Shown piece by piece: positions 54,121 through 64,000 of a stretch of DNA of 64,000 nucleotides. This DNA is from Eledone cirrhosa (lineage: Eukaryota). The stretch covers positions 1,116,001-1,180,000 of the forward strand of contig OZ024746.1 in the NCBI GenBank assembly GCA_964016885.1, in the 5' to 3' direction. Below the pieces are notes generated by a model. The model ran no database searches, was not told the DNA's origin, and worked only from the letters and a program-made list of their open reading frames with translations. Position numbers and translations under genes: made by a program. The stretch's first letter is position 1; every line of letters starts with the position of its first letter.

Positions 54121-54463
54121 GCGATTTGCAGATTAATCAATTTATCAAATCAATAAATATTGAAATCACATATTTCAAAATCTCTTCTGGAAACCAATAT
54201 TACAATTGAGGAGTGCATGTCCCTATATATATATATATATATATATATGCCAAATTTACACGTATCTTTGAAATTAAGTCATAGTTTGTATCAAATATAT
54301 ATAACATAATGTATATCATATGTGGGATTTATATTATACGATTACATGCCATAGTTATATATACATGTATGTATAAGGATAATTATAAATTATATACATA
54401 TATACATATACGTGGACATTAGATACATATGACTTTCATTTTATATTTACTGTATACGTATAA

Positions 54464-54532
<69 letters not shown>

Positions 54533-54533
<1 letters not shown>

Positions 54534-54759
54534 GTAATAATAATAAATTTGAAGACTAAAATCCAAAGAGGGCTCGATAAGGATAAATATATATCTAATA
54601 TATAAGAACCGTAGAGCAAATATTTATTAAAATAACAGATTGAAGTTTAAGCAAAGAATCGCTGCTTTCACCCTTAACGGGATCTTCTGAAACTAAAAAA
54701 GTCAAAGGTGAAAGCAGCGATTCTTTGCTTAAACTTTAATCTGTTATTTTAATAAATAT
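54533..54759. mobile_element. Penelope-like terminal-repeat fold-back in (TA)n
   Basis: 54620-54672 pairs with 54707-54759; same family as 13584-13693. Confidence 0.7.
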
Positions 54760-54792
54760 ATATATACATATACCTTTCCCCTATTAAGCCAA

Positions 54793-54891
54793 TATACATA
54801 TATATATATATATATATATGTGTGTACATATATATGTGTGTACATGTGTGTACATAGATATATATGTGTACATATATATATATATATATGC

Positions 54892-54939
<48 letters not shown>

Positions 54940-54961
54940 ACATATATATATATATATATGC

Positions 54962-55041
<80 letters not shown>

Positions 55042-55162
55042 ACATATATATATATATATATATAAATATATATATATATGTGTGTGTCCATATATATATA
55101 TGTATATATATATGTATATATATATATACATATATGTATATATATATGTATATATATATATG

Positions 55163-55194
<32 letters not shown>

Positions 55195-56222
55195 TATGTA
55201 CATATATATATATATATACATACACATATATATATATACATACACATATATATATATACATACACATATATATATATATACATACACATATATATATATA
55301 TACATATACATATATACATATACATATACATATATATATACATACATATACATATATATATACATACATATACATATATATACATATATATACATATACA
55401 TATATATACATATATATACATATACATATATATACATATACATATACATATATATACATATATATACATATATATACATATACATATATATACATATACA
55501 TATATATACATATATATACATATACATATATATACATATATATACATATACATATATATACATATATATACATATACATATATATACATATACATATATA
55601 TACATATATATATACATATATATACATATACATATATATATACATACATATATATATATATACATATATATATACATATATATATACATATATATACATA
55701 TATATACATACATATACATATATATATATACATATATATACATATATATACATACATATACATATATATATACATATATATACATACATATACATATATA
55801 TATACATATATATACATACATATACATATATATATACATATATATACATACATATACATATATATATACATATATATACATATATATACATATATATACA
55901 TACATATATATACACACATATATATATATACATATACATATATATATACATATATATACATATATACATATATATACATATATATACATATATATATATA
56001 CATATATATATATACATATATATACATATATATACATATATATATATACATATATATACATATATATATATACATATATATAAATATATATACATATATA
56101 TATATACATATATATATATACATATATATATATACATATATATATATACATATATATACATATATATATATATACACATATATATATATACATATATACA
56201 CATATATACATATATATATTCA

Positions 56223-56256
<34 letters not shown>

Positions 56257-56377
56257 CATATATATATACATATATATATATACATATATATATATACATA
56301 TATATATATTCATATATATATATATACATATATATATGTATATATATATATTCATATATATATACATATATATATAC

Positions 56378-56420
<43 letters not shown>

Positions 56421-56595
56421 TATATGTACATATATATATATATATACATATATATATGTACATATATATATGTACATATATATATGTACATATATATATA
56501 TATATATACTTATATATATATATACATAATATATATACATATATATTCATATCTATGTATATATATATATATACATATATATACATATATATACA
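54793..56595. repeat. (TA)n array with TACA variants
   Basis: Direct reading. Confidence 0.95.
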
Positions 56596-57889
56596 TTACG
56601 ACTGGGTACTGAAACAACAACTAGACAGCTCACATGTGGACGTGATATATCTTGACTTTGCGAAGGCCTTTGACAAGGTCGACCACGGAATGATATGTCA
56701 CAAACTACACGGACTCGGCATAACTGGAAAAGTAGGTGAGTGGCTGCATGGCTTCCTAAGGGACAGAAGCCAGGCAGTCGCAGCAAATGGGGCCCTCTCA
56801 AAAGAAACACCAATAACAAGTGGGGTGACCCAGGGGACAGTCCTGGGACCAATACTGTTTTTGGTGGCTCTCTCAGACATGCCCTCTGTAGTACAACAAT
56901 ATCCCTCACTAGCTATGCTGATGACACTAAGGTAGCACAGGCAATCAAAGACCCGGCTGACGCTGCCCTTTTACAGCAGGATCTGGATGCCATATACAGA
57001 TGGGCGGAAGAAAACATCATGCAGTTTAATGCTGGCAAATTCCAAACCCTACAATACAAACCTCCAACAAACCTGCAAACACAAATATAGTACAACACAA
57101 CTACACAGGACCAGGAGGGTCCGATATCCCCGTGTCAAAATTGTTACGAGACCTGGGCATAGACATGAGCGATGATGCATCTTTTTACTCACACATCATG
57201 AAAGTTTGCGACAATGTGCAGACGACTCGCTGCTGGATCTTGAGGACTTTCCGGACAAGAGACCGAGACACCATGTTGACACTATGGAGGATATTTGTAC
57301 TAAGCCTCCTGGACTACTGCTCCCAGTTGTGGTGACCCAATTGTGTCAAACTAACCACGGAGCTTGAGGCAATGCAGCGAAGCTACACCAAGAGGATTGC
57401 CACGATGAAGGAGACAAGCTACTGGGAGAGGCTAAAGGAACTGAACCTCTACTCTTTGGAACAAAGACGGAGGAGATACGCAGTCATCTACATGTGGAAA
57501 GTCCTGGAGGGACTAGCACCAAACTTTGGCATTGGGAGCTGGACGTATGAGGTGCCAAAGGTCCCGTTATCCACATCTATAATAAGGAGCAGGTATTGCA
57601 ATACCCTGGATTCAAGGGCCCTCAACTCTTCAACAAGCTGCCGAGGGATCCGAGAGATTGCATGACGTGCAGGTGGATGTCTTCAAGAAACATCTCGACA
57701 CCTTGTTATCCAGGATCCCGGATGAGCCCACAACAAGGAACGAGGGAAACATAAGGGCAGCAGCAACAAACTCCCTCTTAAACCAGGGGCCAACCTATAC
57801 AGGCTGGAGATAAAATGTGTAGCAACAAGGGCGGTGCCCCAGCATGGCCTCAGCCGGATGGCTGAAACGGGTAAAAGAGTTTAAAGAGT

Positions 57890-57890
<1 letters not shown>
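56594..57890 (+). mobile_element. 5'-truncated CR1-clade LINE (RT plus 3' end), frameshifted
   Basis: [83 protein letters not shown]. Confidence 0.93.
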
Positions 57891-61099
<3,209 letters not shown>

Positions 61100-61649
61100 T
61101 GGGAGCAAAGATTGGGAATACGGAAGATGATGTGGTTGAGAGGAAGAGCAAGGCCTGGGCGGCGTGCCACAGCTTGAGATCGGTGTGGAAGTCGGACCTT
61201 CGTAGAGACCTGAAAATCCGCCTCTTCATTGCTGTAGTGGAGTCTGTGCTGCTGTTTGGGCTTGGACACTGACCAAGAAACTCACTCAGATGGTGGATGG
61301 GTGCTACACGAGAATGCTGAGGATGGCTCTGAACATTAATCAGAATACACTGAGGATGAAAAACTCAGAGCTGTATGGGAGCCTCCCAAATGTCAGCTCA
61401 AAAGTGACACAGAGGAGACTGAGGTTGGCTGGACATGCTCACCGACATCCAGAGTTGACATTGCACTCAGTGCTCCTTTGGGAGCCCCTACATGGACACA
61501 CTAGAAGAGGAAGACCAAGGTTAACATATGTTGATGCCCTAAGGACAGACACTGGTCTGTTGGAGATGGAGGATATGGCAGCGATAATGAGGGACAGAGA
61601 CCGCTGGAGAGAACTCGTCCATGGATCTCGGGAATTTTACCCGCCTTAG
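61100..61649 (+). mobile_element. 5'-truncated RTE-clade LINE with intact 3' end, same family as 14309-15593
   Basis: [22 protein letters not shown]…[13 protein letters not shown]; ORF 61290-61649 ends REFYPP*, then TA repeats. Confidence 0.92.
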
Positions 61650-61877
61650 ATATATATATAGACACACATATATATATATATATACACATATACACATATA
61701 TACGCATATATATAGATATATATACACATATATATATATACATATACACATATATCCATATATATATATACACATATATATCCATATATATATATACACA
61801 TATATATATATATATACATATATATACATACACACATATATCCATATATATATATATATACACACATATAGATATAT

Positions 61878-62190
61878 AGCTCTAAGGCTTGGGCCCCGAG
61901 CTATCCGCCCACAACGAAAATCAAGTTCACATCTCACAACATTAGGGCACATTTATTTAACCCCCTACTGGACCAGCTATTTTTTACCATCGCACCAAAC
62001 CAGTTAAAAAAAGAAACATCCTAAAATTCAAAATGACTGGACAAATTCCTCCAAAAAATTCCGGAAAAAACCCTACTCCCGGATATATCTCCGAATGGGC
62101 CATGGTGTCCAAATCATTACAGACTGTCCCAGGTGGTACTAAAGGTAGACATGGTCTGGCCCAATACTGGCCGAAACCTATCAAAGTTAT
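61878..62190 (+). mobile_element. 3' end of a second CR1-type family
   Basis: RLGPRAI…, LDKFLQKIP…; tail ggcccaatactggccgaaacctatcaaagtta resembles the CR1 tail at 57840-57890. Confidence 0.6.
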
Positions 62191-62276
62191 ACATACATAC
62201 ATACAAACATGGGTATGTGTGTGTGTTATATTTATATATATAAAGCATGCAATTATGTACCTAATAGAAGTTTATA

Positions 62277-62462
62277 ATAATTGTTTCTACTTTTGGCACA
62301 AGGCCAGCTATTACCAGTGCATTACTGGTACTTTATTTTATCGACCCCGTAAGGATAAAAAGCAAAGTTAACCTTGGCGGGATTTGAACTCAGAATGGCA
62401 AGTGCCGTAATTATGCGTCAAAGCATGGCATTCGACCCTCTACCGATACTGCCCAATCCACC
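62277..62462 (-). mobile_element. tRNA-SINE of the 1791-type subfamily (truncated relatives at 49030-49128 and 51085-51160)
   Basis: ttgtttctacttttggcacaaggccagc…ggatttgaactcag…ccctctaccgatactgcc. Confidence 0.85.
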
Positions 62463-62696
62463 AGAAGTTTATAATAATGAAGGTATTAAAGGAAATTACT
62501 TTAATAATGAGGAGAGAAAATAATAGAAAATTTCAATAATAAACAGTAAAAAGTGTTGAATTCAACTGCAGAGTGAACGGGCAGGGACACCTGCTGGATC
62601 CCACGGAGTTCCTAAGGCCGAGGTGACCAGTACAACCTGAAAGCTGTACGTGAAATGCTGCTATTTGATATCTCTCCCTGCCCCTCTGTCTTACCG

Positions 62697-64000
62697 TCCG
62701 GCGGTGCACGGCTCTCTCTGCCCCTGACCACCCGGCGGTGCACGGCTCTCTCTGCCCCTGACCATCCGGCTGTGCACGGCTCTCCCTACCCCTGACCACC
62801 CGGCGGTGCACGGCTCTCTCTACCCCTGACCACCCGGCGGTGCACGGCTCTCCCTACCCCTGACCACCCGGCGGTGCACGGCTCTCCCTACCCCTGACCA
62901 CCCGGCGGTGCACGGCTCTCTCTACCCCTGACCACCCGGCGGTGCACGGCTCTCTCTACCCCTGACCACCCGGCGGTGCACGGCTCTCTCTACCCCTGAC
63001 CACCCGGCGGTGCACGGCTCTCTCTGCCCCTGACCATCCGGCTGTGCACGGCTCTCTCTACCCCTGACCACCCGGCGGTGCACGGCTCTCCCTACCCCTG
63101 ACCACCCGGCGGTGCACGGCTCTCTCTACCCCTGACCACCCGGCGGTGCACGGCTCTCTCTACCCCTGACCACCCGGCGGTGCACGGCTCTCTCTACCCC
63201 TGACCACCCGGCGGTGCACGGCTCTCTCTGCCCCTGACCACCCGGCGGTGCACGGCTCTCTCTGCCTCTGACCACCCGGCGGTGCACGGCTCTCTCTACC
63301 CCTGACCACCCGGCGGTGCACGGCTCTCTCTACCCCTGACCACCCGGCGGTGCACGGCTCTCCCTACCCCTGACCACCCGGCGGTGCACGGCTCTCCCTG
63401 CCCCTGACCACCCGGCGGTGCACGGCTCTCTCTACCCCTGACCACCCGGCGGTGCACGGCTCTCTCTACCCCTGACCACCCGGCGGTGCACGGCTCTCTC
63501 TGCCCCTGACCATCCGGCTGTGCACGGCTCTCCCTACCCCTGACCACCCGGCGGTGCACGGCTCTCCCTGCCCCTGACCACCCGGCGGTGCACGGCTCTC
63601 TCTACCCCTGACCACCCGGCGGTGCACGGCTCTCTCTACCCCTGACCACCCGGCGGTGCACGGCTCTCTCTACCCCTGACCACCCGGCGGTGCACGGCTC
63701 TCCCTACCCCTGACCACCCGGCGGTGCACGGCTCTCTCTACCCCTGACCACCCGGCGGTGCACGGCTCTCCCTGCCCCTGACCACCCGGCGGTGCACGGC
63801 TCTCTCTACCCCTGACCACCCGGCGGTGCACGGCTCTCCCTATCCCTGACCACCCGGCGGTGCACGGCTCTCCCTATCCCTGACCACCCGGCGGTGCACG
63901 GCTCTCCCTATCCCTGACCACCCGGCGGTGCACGGCTCTCCCTGCCCCTGACCACCCGGCGGTGCACGGCTCTCCCTATCCCTGACCACCCGGCGGTGCA
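62697..64000. repeat. 34-bp GC/CpG-rich minisatellite, at least 38 copies, runs off the window
   Basis: accacccggcggtgcacggctctc(t/c)ct(a/g)cccctg. Confidence 0.98.

Overview
Repeat-dominated eukaryotic intronic or intergenic DNA. The abundant tRNA-headed SINEs and very long (TA)n-derived arrays suggest an octopus/cephalopod genome (inference). No intact host protein-coding gene can be supported; nearly all long ORFs in the track are translations of micro/minisatellites. The real coding remnants are retroelement fragments: an R4/Dong-like REL-endonuclease LINE, two RTE families, two CR1 families, a Tx1/L1-like family always abutting (TATC)n, and a Neptune-type Penelope (GIY-YIG) element with a hammerhead-like motif. 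There are also many SINEs, Tc1/mariner-type MITEs and about 15 minisatellites. The most striking pattern recurs in RTE, Penelope and Tx1 copies: head-to-head or fold-back pairs whose 3' ends mostly run outward into a microsatellite, suggesting twin-primed reverse transcription at microsatellite breaks. It produces many 48-79 bp near-perfect hairpins, one of which holds a complete tRNA-like cloverleaf in its loop.
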